Positions 14,122-29,263 are shown, counted from the first letter of the stretch. The stretch: 64,000 nucleotides of DNA from Eledone cirrhosa (GCA_964016885.1 OZ024746.1:82088001-82152000), one strand, 5' to 3'. A program made the numbers and translations. Notes: a model not told the origin generated them from the sequence alone.

Positions 14122-14613
14122 TGTTATGCTTGGGGAGGCTCGTATTGTTATAATATTGCTAGACGAATTCATATCAAAAGCCTTGCAAAACAAATATATA
14201 TATATATGTATGTATATATATATATATTGGAAAAGAGTGAAGACCCCGGCGGCTGAACTCCGGCCGTTTCGACAGCTAGATCCGAGTGGGTGTATATAAG
14301 TGTTTGAGTGCATTGTTAGCGCTACGTTTGTGCGCGCGCGCGCGTGTGTGTATGTGTGTAAGGGCTTTCCTGGTGATCTCTTTCGAATGAAACAGTTCTA
14401 GTCCTGTAGAAGCCATTTCTATATTAAATATTATATATATATATATATGAAGGGGTCGGGACCCTGACGGCTGAGCTCCTGCCATTTCAACAGTTAACGT
14501 TCGGACTTAGCTGTTGAGCAGGAGCTCAGCCGTCGGTGTCCCGACTCCTTCATATTATCACACTCTACTACCCTAAATACATTTAGGGATTTGATTCTGT
14601 CATTACCATAACA

Positions 14614-14702
14614 GAGGTCTGACGAGCTTTTGATTCCAGAGTCGAGCCAGATCGATACAAATCGAACCTTAAGCTGATCAATCCCGAAACGCGCGTCACA
14701 TC
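14614..14702 (+). ncRNA. Hammerhead ribozyme with long stem II (family J)
   Basis: GAgGT CTGACGA (60-nt stem II including TTGAT/ATCAA) GAAA CGCGCG TC ACaTC, followed by aataaa. Confidence 0.65.
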
Positions 14703-14748
14703 GCAATAAACGTAAGGAAGATCTAACACTTCGCCCTTTTTATTATTA

Positions 14749-14788
<40 letters not shown>

Positions 14789-15769
14789 CATATATATATG
14801 TGTGTGTGTGTGTGTATGTGTGTATGAATATATGTATGTATGTGTGTGTGCGTGTGTATGTGTGTTTGTACATAGAGTAAGTTTGAGGGGAGAATAATAC
14901 TCATCCAACGTAGTTTAGTTTTTGGTGTGTTGTGAAAGCAACTCAGAAAAGAAACAATAGCCCTGATCGCCTAAACAGTCAGAGTAACAATGACTGTTAT
15001 TCACATAATAACCAGTTGCAGAACAAAACTGATTGTGAACAAAGGCCCATAAATGCAAAAATATTGTCGAAAACATAAACTGCAATTATTATTCTGATAC
15101 GACAGAATGGGTTTATTTTAAAAGCTAGTCAATATTTTTTTAGCTTATCGCCCGTAGATAAACGAATAGCCAAGAATACGATAAAACTGTTATAACATGT
15201 GTCTATATGCAGAAAATAGGAAAGAAGAGGAAAAAGAGTAAAAACTAATGTCTTACTGCAAGTATATGTAGTATAAGTGCTGTTATTGACATGATATGTG
15301 TAGGATTTCCGTAGGATTTCCTCGAGTGATTATCTATGACAATGATTAAAAAAAAACTGGTGGAAATTTAGTGACTAAAGCAACGTTATAGTTCCCAATT
15401 CTGTCTACATGATGTATAACCGAGCACTTCAGTTACATACAAAAACATACTCCTTCTACACAAACGCGCGCACATGCACACACATATATTATGGTGACAC
15501 AGCAAGAAACAGTTAACACTAAGAGAGAAAGAAAACTACAGATAAAAATGTGAACTTTTCTATATATATATATATATATGCAAAAACATTTTTTTCCCAT
15601 ATTCTTATTGTTCTTATTAATATGCAATTTAATTTCATTATACACTTCCGTCGTTTGAATAAGCCTACAAGCTGAAACCGATACAGTTAATGCGAAAATA
15701 CCTATTTTGTAAATAAATGTTTTTATGTTATTCTGAGAGAAAATCATTTTCAACTGTTTTTTCTTTTTT

Positions 15770-15807
<38 letters not shown>

Positions 15808-16268
15808 GTATAAACAAAGTTGCATACACTTAAAATGTATGAGCTACCATTGGTTTCGAGGTCCAGTTATGGCCACCGCTGTATATTGGAGGAGGCACTT
15901 TAAAACTGACCCTGTCAGGAATAAGTGGGCAATATATTAATACACTCATACAACCATATATATATATATATTTATGCACACACACAAATATATATATATA
16001 TATATATATATAATTTAGGTTATTCAGTAATTTGCGGATTACTTGAGCGGGTACCAATATTAGAACTCTATGCTCAAGCGGAGTATATATATCAAGTTCA
16101 ATGTTTTTATTAATTATCGACCAGTTACACGCGTTTCACAGATGATTGGCGTTTAGAAGGTCCAAGGGGGCGCTGGGGGAAGCAGAGTTGTAGGGATGAT
16201 ATAATAGTATATTAAATATCAAATGAGACATATTATATATAAATATAGTAAAATAAAAAATATATATA

Positions 16269-16430
16269 CCGTATTTCCTGGCGCCGAAGACTTCGAGGGC
16301 GCACCCTAATTTTGACAACCAAAAATTTGAAAAAAAAAATAATAAACAACCTTCGGCCTCCAGGACGCATGGTAGGTTTTTGAGACTTATTTTAGGAAGA
16401 AAGAAGCGTCTTCGATGCCGGGAAATACAG
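16269..16430. mobile_element. Tc1/pogo-type MITE
   Basis: TIRs ccgtatttcctggcgccgaagac / gtcttcgatgccgggaaatacag, with TA on both sides. Confidence 0.75.
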
Positions 16431-16510
16431 TAATATTTATTTACTCATAGTATATATTATATTATTTATTTTTTATATATAAATAAACGATTTTTTTAAA
16501 TTATATATCA

Positions 16511-16694
16511 GTGGATTGGCAGTATCGGTAGAGGGTCGGACGCCATGCTTTCCAGCATAGTTACGTCCCTTTACGATCTGAGTTCAAATCCCGCCGAGGT
16601 TGACTTTGCCTTTCATCCTTACGGGGTCGATAAAATAAAGTACCAGTAATGCACTGGTTAATTTCTGGCCTTGTGCCTAAAGTAGAAACAATTA
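16511..16694 (+). mobile_element. SINE family 1, near full length
   Basis: Near-identical to 33200-33388. Confidence 0.9.
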
Positions 16695-17357
16695 TATATT
16701 ATTTAAAATTTACGTGTAGGCAGGTCTCTTTAAAAATAGGTTTGGGGTGAGGGTATTATGTGGCTATGAGGGGGGGGGGGCAAACAGTTTGAGAACCTCT
16801 GGTATAAGTTATCAATGGCCTGAAGCTATTTTTAGCAACGATTAAATCTGCCTTGTTGGTTGGAAGATATGGACACACGCACAGAAGACTGAAAATCAGC
16901 TAGACTGAATATAATCCCGCATGTTATAGATGGTTCTCAACATTACTTGCAAGAGATAGACTGTCAATAATGAACTTTATGATCGACTGCCAAAATGAAC
17001 ACAAAAGATATCTCAGGGAAGATTATGATTGGCAGGTCACTGTGGGACATATCCTGAAGGAATAAAATCAAATCTTGTGGTATGACAGGTAACACATGTG
17101 TGAATACACAACGGACGGTAATCCACTAACTTTATTGACATACTTCAAAGAGACACCGGATTGAAGCATATATCGGAAATACGAATAGTAATGATGGGTC
17201 GAGAAATTTGGTATGAGTACTTTTCCCTGATTCGACCGGAAGAACGGCTGATATAAAAGATGATTGATGATATATATATACATACATATATACATATATA
17301 TATATGCATATATACACACACACACATATATATATATATACACACATATATATATAT

Positions 17358-17440
<83 letters not shown>

Positions 17441-17475
17441 CATATACATTTATACATATATACATATACATACAG

Positions 17476-17534
<59 letters not shown>

Positions 17535-17691
17535 CCACTCTCAAGCGTGAACCTAATACTAACACTTTGTACTACACTCTTCGTTTGTTTTTGTTTTTTG
17601 CTTTTTTGATTTTTCTAGTTCCACAACAGTTAGTTCGCCTTATTCGGATCATCAGTTGATGATCCGAATTGTTCTCGGTATGGTGAACTAA

Positions 17692-17779
<88 letters not shown>

Positions 17780-18563
17780 TTAGTTCACTATTGTACCTCT
17801 GAAATATGTATAATAAAATGTAATTGATCAAAAGAACATCTATTTTATTAATATTTGTATTTTAATATATGCAATAGTACGTCCTCATCAGACAAAATAT
17901 AATGATACATGACATACCCTGAGATGTTAAATGGTTAAGATTTAATCAAGGTAGTGAAAAAGTTATGAGAAAACTCAACATATATACCCTAATAATGAGA
18001 AAATGCGAAAACGTAATAGAATCAATAGAGAATGTATGAGTAAGAAAACGTTGCTTTAATGTAACAGTTATAGAGATTTTAAAATGTGGGATACTACTAA
18101 TTATGATTATAGAGGAAGACGTGTCTGGAGTTATATTTTATTACAGTTTATGAAAGCTACCGATAGATAATTAAAGAGAGGGAGAGATAAAGGGGAGTAA
18201 TTTGTGCAAAAAAAATTGTTTCCCCATATAGACTTAGCGGTTAAGTTTCAAAATATTTAATTTATGTTATTTTAGGGTGAAGAATCAAAATTTTAGGTTT
18301 AAAAATTGATGGTTATTTATTTTATAAATTTAATAAATTTTTTTTTTTTTTTAAAGTGTTACATTTCTAAAATTCTGAATTTTATGAAAACAAAAGAAAA
18401 ATATATACTGTTGAATATTCCCCCAAATGTAATCATTAACAAAATTACCTATAAGACTGTCAACATTTTCGGTATGTAAAATTTAAGAAGTACTTACTGT
18501 TACAAATATCGAAGAATTTATTGTCAAGTAGATAGATTGTCAAAATTAACGCAGAGTTCTCAG

Positions 18564-18679
<116 letters not shown>

Positions 18680-19571
18680 ATTTATCGTAATAAATTAATA
18701 TTTATTATATTATAACCCTATATTAGTTCTACCTTTAAGGGAAGAATGAACTCTAAATAATGATTAAGTTATTGTACAATATTTGCACAAACTATATATA
18801 GCGTTATAACGAAACAATAATTATGATTAAGTTATTATACACTATAAATATAGATGCAAAAAAAAACTAAATGTAGAGATATACGTAACTAATAATATGA
18901 TTATGTTATTATACAATATAAACATATATGCCAAAAATTAGGTATAGAGAGATATACTAAGTATTAATGAGACAGTATACTTTTGGTAAATGATAACGAT
19001 TATAATCTTAGATAATAGATTCAAACATGTATAAGTTAAATAGATACATATATATATAAAAGAGTGTAAACGCATGAATGATTCACAGTCCAAAATAAGG
19101 TCTGTAAAAATTTACAGGTTGGATATTTGAACTATATTTAAAACATAGATAGAAAAATAAAGATAGATAAATAATGGTATGAATCAAAGTTAATAATAAT
19201 ATTCAAAAAACTATATGTTATGTATATCAACGTTCCAGCATGTTATTAAACAAGTGTAATTCATTCAAACATTATTTCCTTTATAGATGGTTATAAGATA
19301 AAGCAATATTAAAGGCCATTAAGATTTCCACTGTTGATTATGTACGTCTAAAAACCAAATTTGGTTGATTACTGTTTTTTCCTGGTCTTATGAGAGGCTT
19401 GGAATGTAGACAAGGCTTTATGAAGGCAGTTAGAGAATTGATCAAAAGAACATCTATTTTATTAATATTTGTATTTTAATATTAATAACTCTGGAAAATA
19501 CTTTTCTGTAGAGTGCTTCCAATCTACTGTAAAACTCATTCTTTGATGTACTCATTGAATCTTGTTTAACT

Positions 19572-19669
<98 letters not shown>

Positions 19670-20148
19670 ATACTTGGGGAGGGTCATATTTGTGTAATAT
19701 TGCCAGAATTAATAACAGAACACACTCACTGTTTGGTTGGTTTTCGCTTTTCGCTTCTGTGTCTTTTATATCGGTTAATTTAATTTACTCGGTCCTCAAT
19801 GTTGCCATTGACTGACCAACGGTCAAAAATACAGATACAATATAGACACAAACACATATATATAGTCTATCAAAGTTTTTTCGTTTCACATCTGCAACAT
19901 CGTCAGTGGTGCTATTGTTTCCTCCCGTTGCATTTTATTTTCTACGCCATCTTTAGTCTGTTTATATATTTATTTATTTGTTTATTTTTTTGTGTTCTTT
20001 GCGCATGCGTTTGCGTGTGTGTATATATATAAGAAAATTGTGTTGTTGTTTTTTTAAAGAGAAAAAAACCTAGATGTCCTACACGGGTGAAAGTATAAGG
20101 AAAATAAATTGAAAATGCAACTGAAGTCTTTTAAGAATATATATTTAT

Positions 20149-20190
20149 TTACTTTACCGGTTTCACAGTTCTTATGATTTTCAAAAGTAA
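20149..20190 (-). ncRNA. Hammerhead ribozyme, U3-A8 variant (family F)
   Basis: TTACTT TTGAAAA TCA taagaac TGT GAAA CCGG TA AAGTAA. Confidence 0.7.
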
Positions 20191-20340
20191 AATTGAGATG
20201 GAGGGTTTGTGTTTCTGTTATGGTTTATCTCGCGAGACAAACCACAACAGAAACACAAACCCTCCATCTCAGTAAATAAATATTCTTAAAAGACTCCAGT
20301 TGCATTTTCAATTTCTTTCCTTGTGTGTGTGTGTGTGTGT

Positions 20341-20478
<138 letters not shown>

Positions 20479-20779
20479 GTGTGTGTATGCATATATATAT
20501 ACATTTACATATATATATGTGTGTGTATCTGTGTATTTGACTCAGCCCCTTAATTTAAATGTTGTCAGGGGTACCTTAACTCAATGGCAAGAACACCTGC
20601 CTGGTATCTGGGTGATACAGAGTTTGATACTTCGTAGCGGCCACTGGCAACATTTTTCCATCTCTAAAGGTCTTTACCTGATTTTTATAAGCTATTTTAT
20701 AACTGACTGTAATTGCAGTTATTTTCTGCACCTGACGTTCCTACATCTTCTTTAAATATATTTATTTATTCATATAGAC

Positions 20780-23700
20780 CAGTGATTCTCAACCAGTGTT
20801 TCGCAGCACACAGGTGCGCCGCGAGATATTCCTAAGTGTGCCGCGAAATTTTGAACGGCACACTAAGAAAATGCGAAAAACCACGTGATCCCAATTGAGT
20901 ATTCACAGTCTGTGGTGTAACATGTTGCACCACATAGCTTTGTTCATTTAGGGATGAGCGAAATGTTTCCAAATGTTGCAATGCTACAAATTCTATATCT
21001 TTTATTGTTTCGTTCGTCATTAGTATTGATCATATGAATGGATATTGGTCAATATTGTCTTAAGGTGGAATACCACGCCCCGCCCCCCTCGGAAGAAAAA
21101 AATTTTATATCATGCATCTTTTTTCACTTTTATGGTAGACTCTAAAACTGAGACAAATGATATATTTATTTTTCCTCTAGTCCTAATTTTTGCTGAGATA
21201 TGACCAAAAATGGTTGAAAAATAGCGTAATTTTCAGAGTTCTTTTGAGAAAATCCAAATAAGCTATGAAGATGATTTTTACCTTTTTAGAATGAGAAAAC
21301 CAGCCATTGTATGGTAATAGAAGCCTTTTTTTTATATTTTGTAAAAAAATATGTTATCGTCATTAGTGTGCTGGACAGTAAAAAAAATGAAAAAAGTCAT
21401 TTTCTTTTTATAAAAGGGACTATAACATTTTTTCAAGGCAGAATTTTAAAAAAGGGCTTCCGTCACGACGAAGATACTATTATAAGGAAGGTCTCCTCAA
21501 AATTTCAAGCAAATCTATCGAGTAGATTTTCTGGAAAGAGCTTTGAAATTTTGAGAAGTACCCATTTTGAGAAAATTGCCTGTAAAGATTAGAAACACAA
21601 ATGCCAGCTTCTACTTCTGTTTCAGAACAATCTATGGGTGATTCCCATAATTTAGCTCCGAATTCTCTGGTCCATGCTACTTAATGAGTCCATGTTAGCT
21701 TCCCTTTACATATATTTTGTCTTGATTCATCTCTATATGGCATAATTTCCTAATTTTCGGAAGAGTGAGTTTGGCCGCCATGTTTACATTGTGATGGGGG
21801 AAGGCGTGGTCACGGGATGTGCTGGACCAATCAGCGGGCGCCATTCGCCGAGTGTAGCCGAAAAGGAGGCTCAATGTGCATTTGCTTGTTCAATATGGGT
21901 CGATTTTCTGGCATTTTACACCGGAGAGTTCCAGTATTTCATCATCGTATGCTTATGAGGGTATAGTAGAGGTGTCTACTGGTGTGTGGAACATAGCAAA
22001 AATGGTGAATTTACGATGTGTTGTCAGTACTCAAACATTGATTATTTTTATGCCTAATACATCGAAAATTGATGATTTCCAGAAATGGTCTCATAAAACA
22101 TCAATTTTACGTAGGAAGACATATTTTTATTGTTTTGCGGTGTTTGTACACGAAAGAGAAGGCTTTTTGTGGGACTGAAAGACACTGTCATCTCAATATA
22201 GACGATCCTACCCAAAACTGTCATATTAATATTTCATGACCCTTCACAGTGGATAAATATTTGAAAACAAAAGATATTTGTGACGAGTCTAACTCCAGAG
22301 GCGAACAACCATCAACCTCTATCGTAAAAAAAAATTATTTGAAATTTGGATTTTATTGGTCTGGTGACGTTGACAAACCAAGTCCATCCTGCGTAGTGTG
22401 CGGTGAAACAATGTCAAATGAATCCATGGTACCAAGTAAGTTAGAAAGACATTTTAATTCAAAACACTCATCTCTGAAAGATAAAAAGCTTGATTACTTT
22501 CAAACACTGTTAGAGCAGAAATCAAAACAGTGAATTTATTTTGAAAAAATAATGACCGTGTCTGAACGAGCCTAACTAGTCAATTCAGGTGGCTGAAATA
22601 ATAGCATTAAAATCTAAATCCCACACGCTTGCTGAGTTAGTCATCCTCCCAGCTTGCAAAAAGATGGTAAAATCCATGTTTGGTGAAAAGGCTGAGAGGG
22701 AATTGAACAATATCCCGCTTTCAAATGATACAATACGTAGAAGAATCCTAGATATATCGAAAAATATTGAAGACAATGTTCAGAAAAAGCTTAAGAATTC
22801 TAATTTTGCTTTAACCGTGAATGAATCCACTGACATCAGTAATAAAAGCCAATTGCTTGCATTTGTGCGTTTTATCGACGAGAAGGAAATAATCAATCAA
22901 TTTTTGTGCTGTAAAGAAATGTCCACAACTACAAGAGGTCAAGATATTTTTGATTTGATAACAAGCTACCTCAGAGAAATTAATTTGTCTTGGAAGTCCT
23001 GTGTTGGCATTTGCACCGATGGAGCCCCATGTATGACAGGCTGTATTAAAGGATTTGTATCCTTCGTAGAAAAAGAAAATCCAAATCTCATTCGTACTCA
23101 TTGCTTTCTACATAGAGAAGTTCTTGTTTCAAAAATATCGCAGGAAGATTTAAAGGTTGTGTTATATCAAGTTGTTGCAATGGTCAATTATATAAAAAGT
23201 AGGCCATTGAAGTCACGATTATTTGTGCAAAGAGATGGACTCTCAGCATGTTAAGTTATTAATGCACACTGAGGTTCGCTTCTTGAGTTACAGGAAGAAG
23301 AAGAATTGGCCACCATTTCTAGTGACCGAGGGTTAAAATTAAAACATTCGACTCTGCCCATTGATTCATTTTGGATTTCAATTCAAGAGGAGTATCCCAT
23401 ATTATGTAAAAGAGCTTTAGCAATTTTATTATAATTTTCAACTTACATATGTGAATTAGGCTTCTCATCATTAAACAACATCAACATCAAGAAGCGTGAG
23501 AGATTGCGTACAACGGAAGAAGAAATGAGGGTGTGTCTGTCTCATATTCGACCAAACATTGAGGAAATTATGAATAAAAGCCAGACACAAATTTCTTACT
23601 AAAGAAGCCAACTATTTGACTGATGAAATTCGAAACATTGCAATAAAGTAAGTTCAAAGCTGTGTTTTTCTTTATTTAGTTTGAATCATTCTATGTGTCT

Positions 23701-23858
23701 ATGACTAGTCTGTGTCTATGGTTGTATGCTGTCTATGACTTGCCATGTTTTTATTTTGTAAAATTCAAATAGTTTTCATATATATTTAGCCAGGTGTGCC
23801 GCTATTTTTTCATGTGCTCCAAGGTGTGCCGTTGTCAAAAAAAGGTTGAGAACCACTG
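20780..23858 (+). mobile_element. hAT transposon, Buster/Charlie group, full length but defective
   Basis: 15-bp TIRs cagtgattctcaacc / ggttgagaaccactg; 8-bp TSD atatagac / atatagag; internal transposase. Confidence 0.93.
22249..23602 (+). pseudogene. Buster/Charlie (ZBED5/ZBED8-like) transposase pseudogene
   Basis: YLKFGF..CVVC..PSKLERHFNSKH zinc finger, PLSNDTIRRRI, (N)ESTDISN, GICTDGAP, THCFLHRE, YICELGFS; stops, frameshifts and an internal deletion. Confidence 0.9.
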
Positions 23859-24968
23859 ATATAGAGTATCAACATTTTGTTTCGAATATTCAGAGTGTAC
23901 TAATGGAGATAATTTCTCTCAATTAAAACTTTATTTATTATAATTATGCAAGCATATTTTATTCAATTTCCATAATGAAACACGTAATATAGATCTTTTC
24001 CGCCAGAATGAAAACATAGAAAGAGACAACAACCCTCCTATCACGATTGGATCAACTATTCCAACCATGTAAACTACACAACAAAATCTCAAAAGGATGT
24101 TGACTGTCTATAATGCAGATCAGATTAAGGAATCCTTATTTTAAATTATAAAGAAATCATTGCAAAAATTATAGAGCAGACATTTAAGAGCTTGACACCT
24201 CTACTCAATACTCTTAAATGAAGAAAACAGAGATAGTGTAATTGGAGCCAGATTGAGACAGAAATTAACATACAGTCTTATGACCACTCCAATTGCGTGA
24301 AATGCCATTAACAAGAGAGAAAAGAATGGAACATCGTGCCAAGTTCTTATGAGAGTGGCTTGTGCTCTCACCATGCTTTACAGAATCTGGGGCGTATAGA
24401 GCTGCCGCAAAACTCTAACATTACCAGTGGAGGAGTTTTGAAGTAGCAAAAGCCCGCTACCACATGACACTACAGAATTAGATGGATGCTATAATTGTAT
24501 TGTTGTAACATAGGTGGGGTTGCACTGAATTATGCAAACTGATAACTAAATCTTTCTTAACTTTCGCAACAAGAAAATTTGGAATATATTCTTAATCCCT
24601 TTTTCTCTTCATGCATAAACCTCATTAACTTTTAATTTCAAATTCTTTTAAATTATCTATTATCTTCCAACGGCTTTTTAACTTCTCTCTGTGAGACAAT
24701 ATATATTTTTTTCTCAGTTGTAAAGGCTATCTCTCTCTCTCTATCATCCATTCTCTCTCTATCATCCATCTCTCCTCCTCTCTCATCCTTCCTTCTTATA
24801 CTCCTCCCCCACCATTCTTTACTCTCATCTCCTCCTCTTCCTTACCTTTTCCACACACACCCCTCTCACTTTTTCCCAATCTCATACATCAATCTTAAAT
24901 TATTTTTCATATATTGATTTAAAACTTCACTATTCACAAGTGTTTTTTAAGCTTCATATCATGTATCC

Positions 24969-25040
24969 CTATTTCATCTGATGAAAACGCAGATGTCATC
25001 CCATGATGATATTTGTTTTTGAAATGCGCATAATAAAATA
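24969..25040 (+). ncRNA. Minimal hammerhead ribozyme, family A-like
   Basis: TATTTCAT CTGATGA AAAcGCAGATGTCATC cc at GATGATATTTGTtTTT GAAA TGCGCA TA ATAAAATA; stem III palindrome ATGCGCAT. Confidence 0.8.
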
Positions 25041-25070
25041 CTTGGAACTCTTTTAACCATCTTTTGATCT

Positions 25071-25155
<85 letters not shown>

Positions 25156-25843
25156 GAGAGAGAGAAGAAGAAGAAGAAGAAGAAGAAGAAGAAGAAGAAG
25201 AAGAAGAAGAAGAAGAAGAAGAAGAAGAAGAAGGGCCTGATTCGAGGCTCATTTCGCAGTTGCTTCTCTTCACTTCGAGGAGTGTGTCAGTGTCTTCAAG
25301 CACATCGCAGGCCAAGATCCACCTGATTGTCAAAATTGGCGTTTCACACGATTTCATTAACTTGACGGTTTTCTTCGTGAGGTATGTTGCAAAAATGACA
25401 AACTCCTCACTGCCACGGGGACCACGAAATGTTTTCGTACGAGGTCTTAACTTTTGAGGGGGGCATCGACACTAACAAACTGATATGCTCTTCCTATGTT
25501 GACCACATCATACATTATTTCACTTAGAGCGATTCTCTACCTGAATTGCCAATGGTGTTTCCGTATGTCAGCTCCATTATGAGATTGATAGGAAACTGTT
25601 TTTCGTGCCATTTTTGCTTTTAGGTCAAGTGGCACTATTATTGTGACCTTTCCACCTTCAATTTTTAGAATTTGTTTGGCTTGAGCTAATTTGAAGTTCT
25701 TGTTGTCCAATGTTAGTGGAAACATTTCTTTTTGCTCACTTGCAATGGCTGAAAGAGTTTTCGTTGTATTGTTGTTTCTGTCACTGATGTAGTTATTTAT
25801 GTCACAGATTTTGTTGTGTGTTGCTTTTGCCACTGCTGTTGTT

Positions 25844-25881
<38 letters not shown>

Positions 25882-26334
25882 TGTGGTTGTTGTTGTTGTT
25901 GTTGTTGTTGTTGTGGTGGTGGTGGTGGTGGTCGACGTCGTCGTCTTCGTCGTCGCCGTCGACCCATCACCATCAGGTTGCTGGATGTTAATGGTAGTGG
26001 CAATGACAATATTCACACGTACATTGCGATCAGGCAACAGCAATGAAGGAAAAATTCTTCTTTTTGTGCCATATTTTTTCTTTTTCTTTTTTTTTTTTCT
26101 TAGAAAAGAGAAAGAAATTTCTTTTCAGTAATTTCTGCCCTTATGGGCGGAAATACGAAAAGGGTTATTTCAAAGCTTGAACTTTTCGAAGAAACGATAG
26201 AAAACAGTCGTTTTTGTAACCTCAAAAGCTCAAAACCGAAAGTGCGTTTTTGAAAGCTCTTGGAAAATTTGAATCTAACTCGGAGCGAAGTAAACGCATC
26301 TATTAAATTCATCTGTCAACAATAATAATAATGA

Positions 26335-26487
26335 TTTCTACTATAGGCACAAGGCCAGCAATTTTGGGGGAGGGTAAAGCCGATTGAATCAACCCCAGTG
26401 CGTTACTGTTTCTTTATTTTATCGACTGTGTAAGGATGAAAGGCAAAGCTAACCTCGGCGGGATTTGAACTCAGACCGTAAAGGCCG
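26335..26487 (-). mobile_element. SINE family 1, 5'-truncated
   Basis: Reverse complement of the family core and tail. Confidence 0.8.
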
Positions 26488-26635
26488 CTGTCTTACTTAC
26501 GAAGTTACCGACCCTGTCATGCCACGGTAGCTCCATTACTCGTCCCACTCGTCCCAGAGCACCGACACCCTTTTTCTTGCATTTATGTGAGTGTATTTTT
26601 GTGATATGTATATGTATGTATTTGTAAGTGTGGAG

Positions 26636-26676
<41 letters not shown>

Positions 26677-26869
26677 AGTTCTATCGTTACTTTGGTATAG
26701 TATTGTGTGTTAGATTTGCTTACCACAATGTTCGATTTGTCAAGCTATTTAAACGTATGTTATTACTCTAAGGCCCTAACTTATCGAGTGCTTTGTTAAC
26801 TCATCATTTCATATAAGTAGGCCGAATTTACTTGCAAACCGCCAGAGATTCGATTTTACTAAATTTCCG

Positions 26870-26901
<32 letters not shown>

Positions 26902-27303
26902 GGAACGAGTAGGACCCCGACGGCTGAGCTCAAGCCGTTTCGACGGCTAATTCTGGCTTGAGCTCAGCTGTCGGGGTCCTACTCGTTCCTATTACCCACT
27001 CTACTACCATAAGTATTGAGTACTTTGGTGCGTTATGGTCCACCTCGTTCCTTACCACATTTCCTTCGTTATATATATATATATATAACGTATCAACACA
27101 TATATTTTTATTGTTTGACCCGAATTACTTGGTTGTTTTGTTTTGGCTGTGCGGATGATATGTTTAACCATCATCTCAGTGTGTTTGGCCCTTAACGTAT
27201 GTTGTAGCTCTGATTCATATGATTCATCGAGCGCTTGCCACACATATCGGACGTTGATTTTCGTTAATTCCTGAGCTGAAAACGATTCTCGCTAATTTAT
27301 ATT

Positions 27304-27337
<34 letters not shown>

Positions 27338-27781
27338 GGTAGCCCTTATTTTTCCACTTTCTAAAAGTGTGCCAATTAACAAAAAGCCAATCTATGCAAA
27401 ATTTTAGCTCAAGGGAACAACAGCAAGGTGGCCCTCATCGACCGTGAAAGCTTGAAGTTTTCTCCCGGAAAGTAATTTTTTCAGATAATTTTTTTTTATA
27501 TCTTATATAATTTTCTCTTAAATTGAAAACTTGTTCAGACTTATTCTTGGTATTAGAAGGATAAGTGACAATACATATAATGGGGAAGGCAACTTGCAGA
27601 GCTGGGTTCAGAGCGCAGGTATAGAGCAAACCCCTATTTTCCGCTGTGGGTGCAGCAAAATTTTAACTTTCGGAAAATTACCTTTGGCTAAGGGCCATAT
27701 ATCCGTATGTGGGTGACAGCTGAGAGAAATGAGTACTCGGTATTGAGTAATATATATATGTATAATAATAATAATAATAAT

Positions 27782-27812
<31 letters not shown>

Positions 27813-28035
27813 AGAGGGTGTTAAAGTTTGCTTGAAGCATTGTGAAATGTGTAAAAATACGTATTTAAGAAAGCCACAACAATGCAAAGGGAACCCTTCT
27901 ACCTTTGTTTTGTTTTCATCTTTGTCTCTCTCAATTTTCACTTTCACCTGTTTTTCCTATCTATATTTCACTTCCTACCTCGAGATTTCCCTTTGCATTG
28001 TTGTGGCTTTCTTAAATACGTATATATATATATAT

Positions 28036-28272
28036 ATATTAATAAGAGGAATTCCAACTTTGTCTGATTTACTCGTTTTATTTACAATCCTTTAAAATTT
28101 ATAAGGGTATTATAATGAAATAGTATGATAGAATATTAAATTCTAAGTGTTCAATTAACACTTAGAATTTAATATTCTATCATACTATTTCATTATAATA
28201 CCCTTATAAATTTTAAAGGATTGTAAATAAAACGAGTAAATCAGACAAAGTTGGAATTCCTCTTATTAATAT
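28036..28272. repeat. Perfect fold-back, ~115-bp arms
   Basis: Axis ctaagtgtt-caatt-aacacttag (~28153); begins at a (TA)n tract. Confidence 0.9.
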
Positions 28273-28300
28273 AATCTTCTATACACAATCATACACACCC

Positions 28301-28348
<48 letters not shown>

Positions 28349-28930
28349 TACATGATATGTATATATATATATATACTCTCCTTATATCCTTGCTTTCATA
28401 TTCCTCCTTGCTCCCCTTTTCTCATTGTATTTGTATATAAACAAGAAGAAAGGGAGAGCAAGGAGAAAAGGAACGTAAGGAGCAAAGGCGAGCAAGGAGA
28501 GCAATGAGAAAAGGAGAGCAAGAAGAAAAGAAGAGCAAGGAGAATAAGGAGAAAATGAGAGAAAGGAGAAAAGGAGAGCAAGGAGAGCAAGAAGAAAAAG
28601 CGAGCAAGCAGAGCAAGGAGAACAAGGTGAGCAAGGAGAGAAAAAGAGGAAGGGACAGGGAGAAATTGGGGAGGGGGTAGTGGATGTAGGAGATGAAAGC
28701 GGGAAGGTGAGGAAGGGGAGGATAGGGAGGGTTGAGGTAAATGAGGAAGGGGAAGGGGAAGAATATATCAGTATGTGGTTATATATATATATATAAATAC
28801 ATCCAGGCAACCCCTGCAAATATATGTATATATATATGTATATATATATATGTATATATCTATATACATATATTTGCAGGGGTTGCCTGGATGTATTTAT
28901 ATATATATATATATATATATAAAGAATGAA

Positions 28931-29118
28931 TAATTGTTTCTACTATTGGCACAAGGCCAGAAATTACCCAGTAGATTACTGGTACTTTATTTTATCGACC
29001 CCGTAAGGATGAAAGGCAAAGTTAACCTCGGCGGGATTTGAACTCAGAATAGCAAGGGCCGTAACTCTATGCATCAAAGCATGGCGTCCGACCCTCTACC
29101 GATACTGCCAATCCACCA
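28931..29118 (-). mobile_element. SINE family 1, full length
   Basis: Reverse complement of the 33200 copy. Confidence 0.9.
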
Positions 29119-29151
29119 GGTAGACATCATAAAAAAGTAATTTATTCCGTG

Positions 29152-29263
29152 TACTTACAAGTGTTTCCACGGTGGTACTGCAGCCTAGTTATGCTACGTG
29201 CAAATTCACAAGTACTTGCAGAACTCAAATATCCAATGCTGTGACCACTGTTTCCTCAGAGCA
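29152..29263 (-). ncRNA. Hammerhead ribozyme with very long stem II (family L)
   Basis: TGCT CTGAGGA a ACaGTGGT..CAGC.....GCTG..ACCACcGT g GAAA CACTTG TA AGTA; 3' half repeated at ~56095-56142. Confidence 0.65.

Noticed and set aside
27334-27700. Possible DNA-transposon remnant
   Set aside because: No matching second TIR or TSD found
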